Shown: positions 9,739 to 18,984 of the stretch, in pieces | How the letters are laid out: each line of letters starts with the position of its first letter | How positions within the stretch are numbered: position 1 is the first letter of the stretch | Source of the DNA: Sphingomonas sp. | GTDB taxonomy: Bacteria > Pseudomonadota > Alphaproteobacteria > Sphingomonadales > Sphingomonadaceae | Reading direction: 5' to 3' | NCBI RefSeq assembly: GCF_042096255.1 | Contig: NZ_JBELLZ010000003.1 | Coordinates: forward strand, 18,104 to 82,103 | Length of the DNA: 64,000 bases | Translations under genes and position numbers: made by a program | The notes under the pieces: generated by a model | Database searches by the model: none | Told to the model about the DNA's origin: nothing | Seen by the model: only the letters and a program-made list of their open reading frames with translations

Positions 9739-11376
9739 CTACCCTCCGAACGCCCGCACGCCGGTCAGCAGCAGCCAGTAGAGCCCGCCCGCCAGCGCCA
9801 TCGCGATCGGCAAGGTGAGCAGCCACGCCGCGGCGAGCTGCATCAGCGTGCGCTTCTGGAGCCCCATCCCGCTCGCCACCGAGGCGCCGGCCACGCCCGA
9901 GGACAGGATGTGCGTAGTGGAGACCGGCAGGCCGAAGCGGTCCGCCGCCAGGATCGTCCCCGCCGCGACCAGCTCGGCCGAGGCGCCCATGCCATAGGTC
10001 ATGTGCTGCTTGCCGATCTTCTCGCCGACGGTGACGACGATCCGCTTCCAGCCGATCATCGTGCCCAGCCCCAGCGCGATCGCGACCGAGACCTTCACCC
10101 AGAGCGGGATGAACCGGGTGCCCGATTCCAGCTGGGTCTCATAGGCCTTGAGCGTGGCGACCTGGCCGGCGTCGAAGGTGCCCTCCGGTTTCTTGGTGAG
10201 CAGTTTCGACGTGTCGAGAACCATGTACATGTCGTTGCGGATGTTGGGCGTGGCCTGCGCCGGCACGTTGCCGAGCGAGCCATAGGCCGCGACATTGCGC
10301 GTGAGGTCCTGCGAGACCGCGACCAGCGCGCCGTACACCTCGGGTGTATTCGCCTTGCGCTCCTGAAGGGCCTTCACCAGCACCGGGCGTGCCTGGTCGA
10401 TCGGCACCGCGGCGGCGCCCTTGCCGGTCAGCACCGCGCCCGCGGCCTGGCTGCTCTGCACGAACGCGGGCGTCGCGCTCGCCGGCAGGGTGCGGTTGAG
10501 CGCATAAGCGGTCGGGGCGCAGCCGATCAGAATCAGCATGATCAGGCCCATGCCCTTCTGCCCGTCGTTCGAACCGTGGCTGAACGAGACGGCGGTGCAG
10601 GTGAAGATCAGCAGCGCGCGGATACCGGTCGGCGGCGGGGCGCTGCCCTCGGGCTCCCTGTAGAGCTTCGGGTTGCGGACCACCTTGCGCATCACGAACA
10701 GCAGCAGCAGCGCGGCGAAGAAGCCGATCAGCGGCGCCATCCACAGGCCGGTCAGGATCTTGGACGCCTGGCTCCAGTCGACACCGGCAGTGCCGCCGCG
10801 CGAGCCGGCGTTGATCAGCTGGTTGGCGAAGCCGACGCCCAGCACCGACCCGATCAGCGTGTGGCTGGAGCTGTTGGGCAGGCCGACATACCAGGTGGCG
10901 AGGTTCCACAGCACCGCCGCGAGCAGCAGCGCGAAGATCATCGCGAACCCGCCCGCCGAGCCGACGTTGAGGATCAGCTCCACCGGTAGCAGGGTGATAA
11001 TCGAATAAGCCACCGCGCCCGAGGAGAACAGCACGCCCAGGAAGTTGAAGAAGCCCGACCAGACCACCGCAAAATGCGCGGGCATGGCGTGCGTGTAGAT
11101 CACCGTCGCCACCGCGTTGGCGGTGTCGTGGAAGCCGTTCACGAACTCGAAGCCGAGCGCGACAACCAGCGCGAGCGCCAGGAACAGGAACACGCCGATC
11201 GCCATCTGCTCGCCGACCTGGCTGGTGTCGATCAGCACGCTGGCGCCGGCATAGACCAGGCCGCCCAGCAGGATCACCGCAAAGGCGATCCGGGCGAAAG
11301 GGTGGACGGGTCGATCGAAGGAACGCGCAACCGACCGGTCGGTCGGCTCGCTCGGGTCCGCAGCTAGGGTCGCCAT
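9739..11376 (-). CDS. pitA: Inorganic phosphate transporter, PiT family
   Basis: FVNGFHDTANAVAT, GLPNSSSHTLIG, FSHGSNDGQKGMG, GLPVSTTHILSSG. Confidence 0.95.
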   Translation of the reverse strand: MATLAADPSEPTDRSVARSFDRPVHPFARIAFAVILLGGLVYAGASVLIDTSQVGEQMAIGVFLFLALALVVALGFEFVNGFHDTANAVATVIYTHAMPAHFAVVWSGFFNFLGVLFSSGAVAYSIITLLPVELILNVGSAGGFAMIFALLLAAVLWNLATWYVGLPNSSSHTLIGSVLGVGFANQLINAGSRGGTAGVDWSQASKILTGLWMAPLIGFFAALLLLFVMRKVVRNPKLYREPEGSAPPPTGIRALLIFTCTAVSFSHGSNDGQKGMGLIMLILIGCAPTAYALNRTLPASATPAFVQSSQAAGAVLTGKGAAAVPIDQARPVLVKALQERKANTPEVYGALVAVSQDLTRNVAAYGSLGNVPAQATPNIRNDMYMVLDTSKLLTKKPEGTFDAGQVATLKAYETQLESGTRFIPLWVKVSVAIALGLGTMIGWKRIVVTVGEKIGKQHMTYGMGASAELVAAGTILAADRFGLPVSTTHILSSGVAGASVASGMGLQKRTLMQLAAAWLLTLPIAMALAGGLYWLLLTGVRAFGG

Positions 11377-11399
11377 GGGCGGCGCCTTCGCGCCGGGCC

Positions 11400-11417
11400 A
11401 TGACTATTTTATGACAA
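11400..11417 (-). promoter_or_regulatory. Pho box (PhoB site) upstream of pit
   Basis: Minus strand TTGTCAT-AAAA-TAGTCAT: two 7-mers at 11-bp period, 23 nt upstream of the ATG. Confidence 0.7.
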
Positions 11418-11447
11418 TGCGTACTCTGTCCGCCGCATCGCGGCGGT

Positions 11448-13004
11448 TCAAAGGATGAAATCCGCCGCCGTCAGCGCGGTGACATCCTCGATTCGAAGCA
11501 TGAAATCCGCCTTGCCGTCGCCGTTCAGGTCCAGCTGGACCAGCGCGTCATCGCCGGGGACGCCGAAGCGCACCTCGCCCGCCGTGCCGCTGAACGCCTT
11601 TCGACCAATGAAGGCGAAGTCCGCGTCGGCCCTGCCGATCCCGGACAGATCGATGCGATCGCCCTCGGCATGGTCGAAGTCGGCAAGCACATCCGCCTGC
11701 TTGCGGCCGCTGCCGCTGTCCTTCGCGGTTTCAAAGACGAACAGGTCCGCCCCGATACCACCGGTCAGCGTGTCGCGCCCGCGCATGCCCGTGAGCGAAT
11801 CGTCCCCGACGTCGCCGAACAGCGCATCGCCACCGCGCCCGCCGGTGATCGTGTCGTTGCCGCGCCCGCCCCGTACCATGCTCGCCACGTCGCTGGTCTG
11901 CACCACGTCATTGCCGCGCCCGAGCAGCACGGTCTCGATCACCGTGCCTCCCGCGATCGCGACGTTGTTGACGTGCCCGCCGATGTCCGAGAACGCGCCC
12001 GGCGTGAGGTCGACGCGCTGGTCCATGCGATAGCCGGTGAGATCCAGCGTGTTGCCGGTACCCTGATTGTAGAGCGTCACCACCGGATCGGTGTTCTTTG
12101 AAAAATCGAACAGTGCGGCCAGCGGCCCTTCGATATTGGTGTTGAAGCCATAGACCTCGCCGCCATCGAACGGCGTGGCCTTGGCGACACCATAGAGCTG
12201 CTGGATCGCCAGGATGTCGAGCTGCATCAGCGAATGCGGCGCCTGCCGCCGGATGCCGTCATCGGTGATGCCCCAGTTGGTGCCCTGATAGGGGTTTTCG
12301 GCCAGGTAGCGCGCGTCCTCCGCCCCCCAGAAGATGTACGACATGATCGTGTACATCCGGTCGTCAAAGGCGCTGTACTGCTGCGTCGCGGGATCGACGT
12401 TGCCATTGTAATTGCCGCCATGGCCCAGGCCGATCAGGTGGCCGATCTCGTGCACCACCGTCGAGAAGCCATAGCCGCCGAACGTGTCCAGCGAGCCGCT
12501 GAGATCGAACCCGTCGACCGAGGTGTCGATGCTGATCATCGCCTGGACCAGCGGCACGCCCAGCCCGCTCGGCCCCGGCAGGCTGAAGGACGAGGTATAG
12601 GCGCCGCCGTCGCTGCCACGGACCAGCCGCACGTCGGCGCTCAGCCGTCCGCCCGCTTCGAAGGTGATGTCGGCCACCGAGGACCAGGTGGCGAAGGCGC
12701 GCAGATAGGTGGCCTTTTCCTGCGCGGTGAAGTTCGAGGCCGGATCGAAGTAGTAGGTGATCGTCGCGCCCGCACCCACCGTCGAGGGACCGTATTTGAA
12801 CGCCACCTCGCCGTTGTCGCCCCAATAGGAGTCGCTGGTGATCGTGCCGTCGGGATTCAGGCCGTTGAGGTAGGAGACCTCGTCAGCCTTGGACGGCGTG
12901 GCGGCTGCGACCGAGCGTTCCGCGGTCGCCGCGTCGCGGCGAAAGAGGCCGGCATGATCCGCCAGCGAGAAAGTCTGTTCCGACGCGCGCGATCCGAGCT
13001 TCAT
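11448..13004 (-). CDS. Serralysin-like M10 zinc metalloprotease with RTX repeats (paralog 1)
   Basis: HEIGHLIGLGH, Met-turn MYTIMSY, GGxGxD repeats, C-terminal ADFIL; RBS GGAGG. Confidence 0.92.
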   Translation of the reverse strand: MKLGSRASEQTFSLADHAGLFRRDAATAERSVAAATPSKADEVSYLNGLNPDGTITSDSYWGDNGEVAFKYGPSTVGAGATITYYFDPASNFTAQEKATYLRAFATWSSVADITFEAGGRLSADVRLVRGSDGGAYTSSFSLPGPSGLGVPLVQAMISIDTSVDGFDLSGSLDTFGGYGFSTVVHEIGHLIGLGHGGNYNGNVDPATQQYSAFDDRMYTIMSYIFWGAEDARYLAENPYQGTNWGITDDGIRRQAPHSLMQLDILAIQQLYGVAKATPFDGGEVYGFNTNIEGPLAALFDFSKNTDPVVTLYNQGTGNTLDLTGYRMDQRVDLTPGAFSDIGGHVNNVAIAGGTVIETVLLGRGNDVVQTSDVASMVRGGRGNDTITGGRGGDALFGDVGDDSLTGMRGRDTLTGGIGADLFVFETAKDSGSGRKQADVLADFDHAEGDRIDLSGIGRADADFAFIGRKAFSGTAGEVRFGVPGDDALVQLDLNGDGKADFMLRIEDVTALTAADFIL

Positions 13005-13073
13005 ATCCGATCCTCCAGCCGATTCGCGGCGCAGCGTAGCAGCAGACGCGGCTCGGTCAGGCGGATTTTCGCG

Positions 13074-13760
13074 TCAGCGCGTTGAAATCGCGATATTGTC
13101 GACCAGCAGCGTCGCCGGAACCGCGTTCGAGTTGGCGGTGATGCCGATCTGGATGCGGTCGAGATGGTCGGCACCCGGCAGCAGTGTCGCCCCCTCGCCC
13201 ACCAGCACTTCGCGCCCGTCCAGAGTCACCCGCGCGCGGCCCTGCGCGCCGAGCAGCACGTCCAGCCCGATCCGGTGCCAGCGGTCCGCCGACAGAGCCG
13301 GCGCCGCATCGTTCATCCAGGCGCGGGCGATGCCGATCTTCGAGCGGTCGATGCGCAGCCGGCCGCGCCGCAGGTAGAGGCGGATGCCAGGATTGCCGCC
13401 CTCCCCGCAGGTCGCGCATTCGAGATCGACGATCTGGAGCGAGTTGATCGGGGTGCCGGCGGGTACGAACAGGTCGAACGCCACCCGCACCCGCTGCCCG
13501 CTCACGATAGGCGCGGTGCGGGCGATCAACGCCGCCTTGGGGACGCGCCCGCGCCGCGGCGCCGCGCGCGCCCGTAGCGCTTGCCCGTCGCGACCGGTCG
13601 CGGGCACGGTATCGAGCGTGCCGTCCACCTCCTGCCGCACCCAGGAGCGCGCGATGCCCCGCTCGAACCCTTCGGAGATCGACAGCCCGCGGCCGCCACG
13701 ATCGAGCGCGGACAGGCTGATCACCACCGCCGCGCCGCAGATCAGGCCTTCGCGGATCAT
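13074..13760 (-). CDS. Secreted polysaccharide-lyase-like / ConA-LamG beta-sandwich protein
   Basis: Signal-like N-terminus, EGFE, RWHRIGLDV, RIQIGIT, LLVDNIAIS pattern; ATG 13760 overlaps the GT2 stop. Confidence 0.6.
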   Translation of the reverse strand: MIREGLICGAAVVISLSALDRGGRGLSISEGFERGIARSWVRQEVDGTLDTVPATGRDGQALRARAAPRRGRVPKAALIARTAPIVSGQRVRVAFDLFVPAGTPINSLQIVDLECATCGEGGNPGIRLYLRRGRLRIDRSKIGIARAWMNDAAPALSADRWHRIGLDVLLGAQGRARVTLDGREVLVGEGATLLPGADHLDRIQIGITANSNAVPATLLVDNIAISTR

Positions 13761-14896
13761 GCCGCGCCATCCTTCTGCGGCGTCCATTGCGCGTAGCGGC
13801 GACCGAACAGGAACAGCAATGCGCCCCAGCCGAGTCCGGCGAGGTGCAATGCCACACCCACCGCGGGCGACACGAAGCGCGGCAGCCGCCCCGGCGCCAG
13901 CGCACCGACCAGCCCGATCAGCGCGAGCGCGCTCAGCCCGGCGAACACCACCGCCCAGCCGATCCGCCCCTGCGCGGTCAGCACGCCCGCCGCGACCCAC
14001 AAAGGCGGCAAGGCCAGCGGCGCCAGCCGGCGGACAACCTTGTGGAGCAGCAGCGCGGGCGCATACCAGCCGGTCCGCCCCGGGTTCATCAACGCGCGGC
14101 GCGACCAGAGCGCGGTCAGCCCGCGCACCGTGATCCGCACGCGCCGTCGGAAGTTACGTTTCTCCCCGGAGATGCTGTGCTCGAAGGCGCGCGCATCGTC
14201 GGCGTAGGCGATGCGATATCCGGCGGCGACCGCCGCGGTGCTGATGTAGAAATCGTCGGTGACGTCGGCGGGCACCAGCGGCATCAGCGGCGCGCGGATC
14301 GCGTACAGGCCACCATCGGCGGAGACGCTGCCGAACAGGTCGCTTTCCGCCTGGCGCACCGCCGATTCGTAGCGGCGGAACAGCCGGTCGAACCCGGCGA
14401 GCCGCGCCTTGCCGCGCAGCGTCTCCACCCGGCCGGCCACCGCGCCCACATCGGGATCCGCGAAGGGCGCCAGCAACGCCGGCAGCGTTGCCGCGTCGAA
14501 CAGCGGGTCCGCGTCGGTCATCACCAGGATCGCGTCCGCGGTGCGCGGGGTCGCCCGATTGAGCGCCGCCGCCTTGCCCCCGCGCGGCAGGCGGATGACC
14601 TCCACGCCGGCGCGTCGCTCCGCCTCTGCCGCGGTGTCGTCGGTCGATCCGTCGTCCGCGACGATGATCCGCGCCAGCACGCCGCCCGCGTCCACGGCGG
14701 CGCGCACGCTGTCCAGCTTGGCGCCGATCCGCCCCGCCTCGTTGTGCGCACAGATCACCACCGCGACCGGGCCGTCGAACCCGCCCGCGACCCTCGAACG
14801 ACGGCCGACCACCGCCGCCGCCGCGATCACCAGCGCCGGGTAACCGACGAAGGCGAACAGCGGCACCGCCACCAGCAGGAGCGCAAGGGTTTCCAT
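13757..14896 (-). CDS. Glycosyltransferase family 2 (cellulose synthase/IcaA-like, membrane-bound)
   Basis: VICAHNE, DDGSTD, GGKAAALN, MTDAD, TDDF, RRRVR; TM segments at both ends. Confidence 0.92.
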   Translation of the reverse strand: METLALLLVAVPLFAFVGYPALVIAAAAVVGRRSRVAGGFDGPVAVVICAHNEAGRIGAKLDSVRAAVDAGGVLARIIVADDGSTDDTAAEAERRAGVEVIRLPRGGKAAALNRATPRTADAILVMTDADPLFDAATLPALLAPFADPDVGAVAGRVETLRGKARLAGFDRLFRRYESAVRQAESDLFGSVSADGGLYAIRAPLMPLVPADVTDDFYISTAAVAAGYRIAYADDARAFEHSISGEKRNFRRRVRITVRGLTALWSRRALMNPGRTGWYAPALLLHKVVRRLAPLALPPLWVAAGVLTAQGRIGWAVVFAGLSALALIGLVGALAPGRLPRFVSPAVGVALHLAGLGWGALLFLFGRRYAQWTPQKDGAA

Positions 14897-14983
14897 CGCC
14901 GCGGCGAATACGCCCGCAAAGGTTCATGAGGCGTTGCGCCTGCGGCAGGCCGTGTGCGACCACGACGAACCGAGGAGAGATGC

Positions 14984-15508
14984 ATGCCACTGTACGAATA
15001 TAAGGGCAAACGGCCGAAGATCGCCGCCTCCGCCTGGGTCGCACCGAACGCCGACGTGGTGGGCGAGGTGGTGCTGGGCGAGGACGTGAGCGTCTGGTTC
15101 GGCGCGGTGATCCGCGGCGACAACACGCCCATCCCGATCGGCGCGCGCAGCAACATCCAGGAAGGCGCGATGCTCCACTCCGATCCGCACGCGCCCTTGA
15201 GCGTCGGCGAGGATTGCACGATCGGCCACCATGCCATCCTGCACGGCTGCACGATCGGTGACCGGGTGCTGATCGGCATGGGCGCGACGGTGCTCAACAA
15301 TGCCGTGATCCCGGAGGATTGCATCGTCGGCGCCAATGCGCTGGTCACCGAAGGCAAGACGTTCGAGCCCGGCAGCCTGATCGTCGGCGCGCCGGCGCGC
15401 GCGGTGAAGACGCTGGACGACAAGGCGCGCGCGATGCTCAAGGTCTCCGCCGCGCATTATGTCGAGAACGGGCACGCCGCGGCGACCGGCTTGAAACGCA
15501 TCGACTGA
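14984..15508 (+). CDS. Gamma carbonic anhydrase family protein
   Basis: SVWFGAVIRGD, SNIQEGAMLH, TIGHHAILHGC hexapeptide repeats; RBS GAGGAG. Confidence 0.93.
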   Translation: MPLYEYKGKRPKIAASAWVAPNADVVGEVVLGEDVSVWFGAVIRGDNTPIPIGARSNIQEGAMLHSDPHAPLSVGEDCTIGHHAILHGCTIGDRVLIGMGATVLNNAVIPEDCIVGANALVTEGKTFEPGSLIVGAPARAVKTLDDKARAMLKVSAAHYVENGHAAATGLKRID

Positions 15509-15526
15509 GCGGACATAACCAAAGTT

Positions 15527-16489
15527 ATGCTGCCAGCCATCTTCGATCGCCTGCGCCTGCCCGTTATCGGGTCGCCGCTGTTCATCATCTCGGGGCCGGA
15601 GCTTGTGATCGCCCAGTGCAAGGCGGGGATCGTCGGCTCGTTCCCGGCGCTCAACGCGCGGCCGCAGGCGCTGCTCGACGAATGGCTTCACCGGATCACC
15701 GAAGAACTGGCGGCGCACAACCGCGCGCACCCCGATCGGCCGGCAGCACCCTTTGCGGTTAACCAGATCGTCCACAAGTCCAACGACCGGCTGGAGCAGG
15801 ACCTGGCCACCTGCGAGAAGTGGCAGGTGCCGATCACCATCACCTCGCTGGGCGCGCGCGAGGAGCTCAACCAGGCGGTGCACGCCTGGGGCGGCATCAC
15901 GATGCACGACGTGATCGACGACCGGTTCGCGCGCAAGGCGGTGGAAAAGGGCGCGGACGGGCTGATCGCGGTGGCGGCGGGTGCCGGCGGCCATGCCGGC
16001 CGGCTCTCCCCCTTCGCGATCGTGCAGGAGATCCGCCAATGGTTCGACGGGCCGCTCGCCCTTTCGGGCTGCATCGCCACCGGCGACGCGGTACTTGCGG
16101 CGCAGGCGATGGGCGCCGACCTCGCCTATATCGGCTCGCCCTTCATCGCCACCACCGAGGCGAATGCCGACGAGGGCTACAAAGGCGGCATTGTCGCGGG
16201 CCGTGCCGCGGACATCGTCTATTCGAACCTGTTCACCGGCGTGCACGGCAACTACCTGCGCCAGTCGATCGAGGCAGCGGGGCTGGATCCCGACAACCTG
16301 CCCGAAGGCGACTACAAGACCATGGACTTCGGCCAGGGCAATGCGCCCAAGGCCAAGGCTTGGCGCGACATCTGGGGCTCGGGCCAGGGAATCGGCGCGG
16401 TCGGGCAGGTGGAGCCGGTGGCCGAGCGAGTCGAGCGGATGGCAGCGCAATATGCGGCGGCGAAGGCGCGGGTGGGGTTGGCGAGTTAG
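15527..16489 (+). CDS. Nitronate monooxygenase family FMN oxidoreductase
   Basis: PVIGSPLFIIS, AGAGGHAG, LAYIGSPFIAT, WGSGQG. Confidence 0.92.
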   Translation: MLPAIFDRLRLPVIGSPLFIISGPELVIAQCKAGIVGSFPALNARPQALLDEWLHRITEELAAHNRAHPDRPAAPFAVNQIVHKSNDRLEQDLATCEKWQVPITITSLGAREELNQAVHAWGGITMHDVIDDRFARKAVEKGADGLIAVAAGAGGHAGRLSPFAIVQEIRQWFDGPLALSGCIATGDAVLAAQAMGADLAYIGSPFIATTEANADEGYKGGIVAGRAADIVYSNLFTGVHGNYLRQSIEAAGLDPDNLPEGDYKTMDFGQGNAPKAKAWRDIWGSGQGIGAVGQVEPVAERVERMAAQYAAAKARVGLAS

Positions 16490-16524
16490 GGGCGGAGAAG
16501 AATAGTCGAACACCGTCACCCCGA

Positions 16525-16654
16525 TCCTCCCCTGGAAGGGGAGGTGGCAGCGCAAGGCGCTGACGGAGGGGTAGCGTGCCGCAAGTGACCGATGGCCTGT
16601 GGGAACCTACCCCTCCACCGCCTTCGGCGGTCCCTCTCCCCCTCCGGGGGAGGA
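16525..16654. repeat. Gene-less doublet of the DUF559-flanking repeat family (MITE/REPIN-like)
   Basis: Right arm 16607-16654 matches 2569-2616 at 47/48 nt; left arm tcctcccctggaaggggagg...ggaggggtag is inverted. Confidence 0.9.
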
Positions 16655-16672
16655 ATGATCGGCCTTCCGCCC

Positions 16673-17134
16673 TCAGAAACTCATCGCCAGCCGGCTCTGG
16701 ATCGATCGGGCCGGGCTGGCCACCGGCAATGCCGCGTCCTGCGCATCATCCAGCCGCGCCACCCGGCGGTGCAGGTCGATGCTCGCCGCGATCAGTCCGG
16801 CCGCCGAGGGCGGCAATTGGGTGAGCAGCGCTTTGTCGGTCACCGGCGCGGTGCCCAGGCGACGCGAGGGATCGAGCGCCTCGCGGGGCGTCAGTTCGCC
16901 GGTCTCCACCGCGCGCTGGGTGAGGAGCCACGCGATGATGTGCATCAGCCGGGTCGTCACCTTGAGCGATTCGCAGCTGAACGCCACCCGGTCGAGCGGT
17001 GACAGACCTTCGCGATCGCCCTTGCCCGCCTCGTCGAAATAGCTGCGCGCCTCGTCCGCCAGCAGCATCGCCTCCATGTAGAGCGAGTCGGTCAGGCGGT
17101 GATGGAGGCGGGCTTCGGCGCGCGAGCGGGACAT
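16673..17134 (-). CDS. rcdA: DUF1465 family protein, regulator of CtrA degradation RcdA
   Basis: YMEAMLLADEARSYFD, ESLKVTTRLMHIIAWLLTQRAV..GE. Confidence 0.85.
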   Translation of the reverse strand: MSRSRAEARLHHRLTDSLYMEAMLLADEARSYFDEAGKGDREGLSPLDRVAFSCESLKVTTRLMHIIAWLLTQRAVETGELTPREALDPSRRLGTAPVTDKALLTQLPPSAAGLIAASIDLHRRVARLDDAQDAALPVASPARSIQSRLAMSF

Positions 17135-17206
17135 GGGCGCAACGTGGCGGAAAAGGCGCGGCACGCCAAGCGTGGGGCGTCGTCTGGCGCGTCCCAATCC
17201 GGGCCG

Positions 17207-17401
17207 TCAGGCGATGATGTCGGGGATCAGCGAATCCTCCAGCGCCGCGATCTCGTCGCGCAGGCGCAGCTTGCGCTTCTTGAGCCGAGCGAGTTGGAGC
17301 TGGTCGCCCCCCTGCGCCACCAGCGAGGCGATCGCGGCATCGAGATCGCGATGCTCGATCCGCAGCGTCTGGAGGCGCGCGGCAGCCATGGCGTCGTTCA
17401 T
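17207..17401 (-). CDS. YdcH/DUF465 family protein
   Basis: LRIEHRDLDAAI, DQLQLARLKKRKLRLRDEI. Confidence 0.9.
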   Translation of the reverse strand: MNDAMAAARLQTLRIEHRDLDAAIASLVAQGGDQLQLARLKKRKLRLRDEIAALEDSLIPDIIA

Positions 17402-17566
17402 GCTCTTCCCCTTGACCACCCTGTAGCAGAGCGATCGCCGCTTGCGACCCGCCACCGTCGCCGGGCCGTGCGCGATGCCGGTCGAATCGGAAGAAATCAC
17501 GGGCGACACCGGGTCGCTTGTGTGTTCTATTCCAGAGTCCCACCAACCCAAGAGGAGGTTTGATCC

Positions 17567-17725
17567 ATGCAGACCGCGCATCTCACGGCATTGGAAGCCA
17601 AGCACGCGACGCTCGACCAGCGCATCGCCGACGAGGTTCACCGCCCCATGCCGGACGCGATCAGGATTCACGACCTCAAGAAACAAAAACTCAGGATCAA
17701 GGAGGAGATCGCCCAGGCCTCCTGA
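17567..17725 (+). CDS. YdcH/DUF465 family small protein (52 aa, not in ORF track)
   Basis: Translated by hand: MQTAHLTALEAKHATLDQRIADEVHRPMPDAIRIHDLKKQKLRIKEEIAQAS; RBS GAGGAGG. Confidence 0.88.
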   Translation: MQTAHLTALEAKHATLDQRIADEVHRPMPDAIRIHDLKKQKLRIKEEIAQAS

Positions 17726-17740
17726 GACGACCCTTCGGGA

Positions 17741-17762
17741 TCGGGCGGCATCGCGCCGCCCG
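17741..17762. terminator. GC hairpin between convergent genes
   Basis: cgggcggc-atcgc-gccgcccg. Confidence 0.5.
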
Positions 17763-17772
17763 GTTCACCGGC

Positions 17773-18138
17773 TCAGCGCAGACTGACCGACAGGGGCCCG
17801 CGAGGTTCCGCGCCGCCGCCGCTCACCGGCTTGCGCGCGCGCTGCGGATCGATTGGATTGTCGAAGGCGATGCCCGTGCGCCCCTCGGTATGCCAGGCCA
17901 CGCGGCCGCGGATCCAGCCGATCCCGCGCACCTCCACCTCCACCGCATCGTCCGAGCCAAGCGGCTCTGCCACCTCCGCCATCAGCCCCCCCGCCGAGAT
18001 GTTGCGCACCCGCACAGCGAGGATGCGCGAATCGCCGACGCGCCGAAGGTTGGCGTTGAGGAACAGGCTGTCGCGCTTCGCGGCCGAGGGATCGGCGGCG
18101 GCGGCTGCCCTGCGGTCGTCGTGATTCATCGCGCTCAC
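17773..18138 (-). CDS. PilZ domain protein
   Basis: KRDSLFL and VRNISAGGLM motifs, GRVAW, GIAFD; first Arg of RxxxR appears absent. Confidence 0.88.
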   Translation of the reverse strand: MSAMNHDDRRAAAAADPSAAKRDSLFLNANLRRVGDSRILAVRVRNISAGGLMAEVAEPLGSDDAVEVEVRGIGWIRGRVAWHTEGRTGIAFDNPIDPQRARKPVSGGGAEPRGPLSVSLR

Positions 18139-18201
18139 CTGATCAGCCCCTGGACGCTAAGGCCGGGCGCCTTGCCAAAGAGCTAACGGCGCGGCAAGCG
18201 A

Positions 18202-18660
18202 TCAGTCCTCGCGCGTGATCTTCTCCTGGCGCTCGTGGCGCTCCTGCGCCTCCAGCGTCATGGTCGCGATCGGGCGCGCTTCCAGTCGGCCAAGGCTGAT
18301 CGGCTCGCCAGTGACCTCGCAATAGCCGTATTCGCCCTCGTCGATCCGGCGCAGCGCCGCATCGATCTTGCTGATCAGCTTGCGCTGCCGGTCGCGCGTG
18401 CGAAGCTCGATCCCCCAGTCGGTCTCGCTGGCCGCCCGGTCGGTAAGGTCCGCTTCACGCAGCGGATCGAGCTGGAGCTGCGAAAGCGTGCCCTGGGACT
18501 CGCGCTTGATCGCGTCCTTCCAGGCATTCAGCTTTGCGCGAAAATAGGCCTGCTGCCGCGGGTTCATGAACGGCTCGTCCGCATGCGGTCGATAGTCGCC
18601 GGCATCGTTTGCCGCGACAGGCCCCAGTTCAGAGTCGAATCGATCCGCGCGTGTCGCCAC
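18202..18660 (-). CDS. dksA: RNA polymerase-binding protein DksA
   Basis: EPFMNPRQQAYFR, DLTDRA, LELRTRDR-like IELRTRDRQRKLISKID, YGYCEVTGEPI..RL.ARP; start taken at GTG 18660. Confidence 0.95.
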   Translation of the reverse strand: MATRADRFDSELGPVAANDAGDYRPHADEPFMNPRQQAYFRAKLNAWKDAIKRESQGTLSQLQLDPLREADLTDRAASETDWGIELRTRDRQRKLISKIDAALRRIDEGEYGYCEVTGEPISLGRLEARPIATMTLEAQERHERQEKITRED

Positions 18661-18808
18661 CGTCACTCTCCCGCCCGCAGCCGACTGAAAGGCCGCTGCG
18701 CCCCTTGGGCCGCGCCTATAGTGCGCCGCCGCCCGCCCTACAAGCGGACAAACCGTCGCCGTAACGGGACGCAAACGGACCGGGCACCGCGCTGTTTCTG
18801 TCCCAGCG

Positions 18809-18823
18809 TGGCACGTTAACCGC
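18809..18823 (+). promoter_or_regulatory. Possible sigma54 (-24/-12) promoter
   Basis: TGGCACG-TTAA-CCGC keeps GG-N10-GC spacing but the -12 element deviates from TTGC. Confidence 0.35.
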
Positions 18824-18984
18824 CGTCCCGTCGCCGATCAGCGTCCCCGTCCCGAAATCGACACGCGAATCATGGTTAACGTCGTTGCGATGAACGTTCG
18901 CCTTTGCCCTTTGGGTCTAGCAGCGCCGGACCGCATCACCCTGCCGCGACCACAAGAAGCAGCAGCCGGCATTGGAGAAGAACT

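Noticed and set aside
9619-10989. 456-aa plus-strand ORF starting in the repeat
   Set aside because: Antisense to pit; N-terminus is translated repeat DNA
18815-18880. GTTAAC sites as CtrA boxes
   Set aside because: Only isolated half-sites 60 bp apart; no TTAA-N7-TTAA
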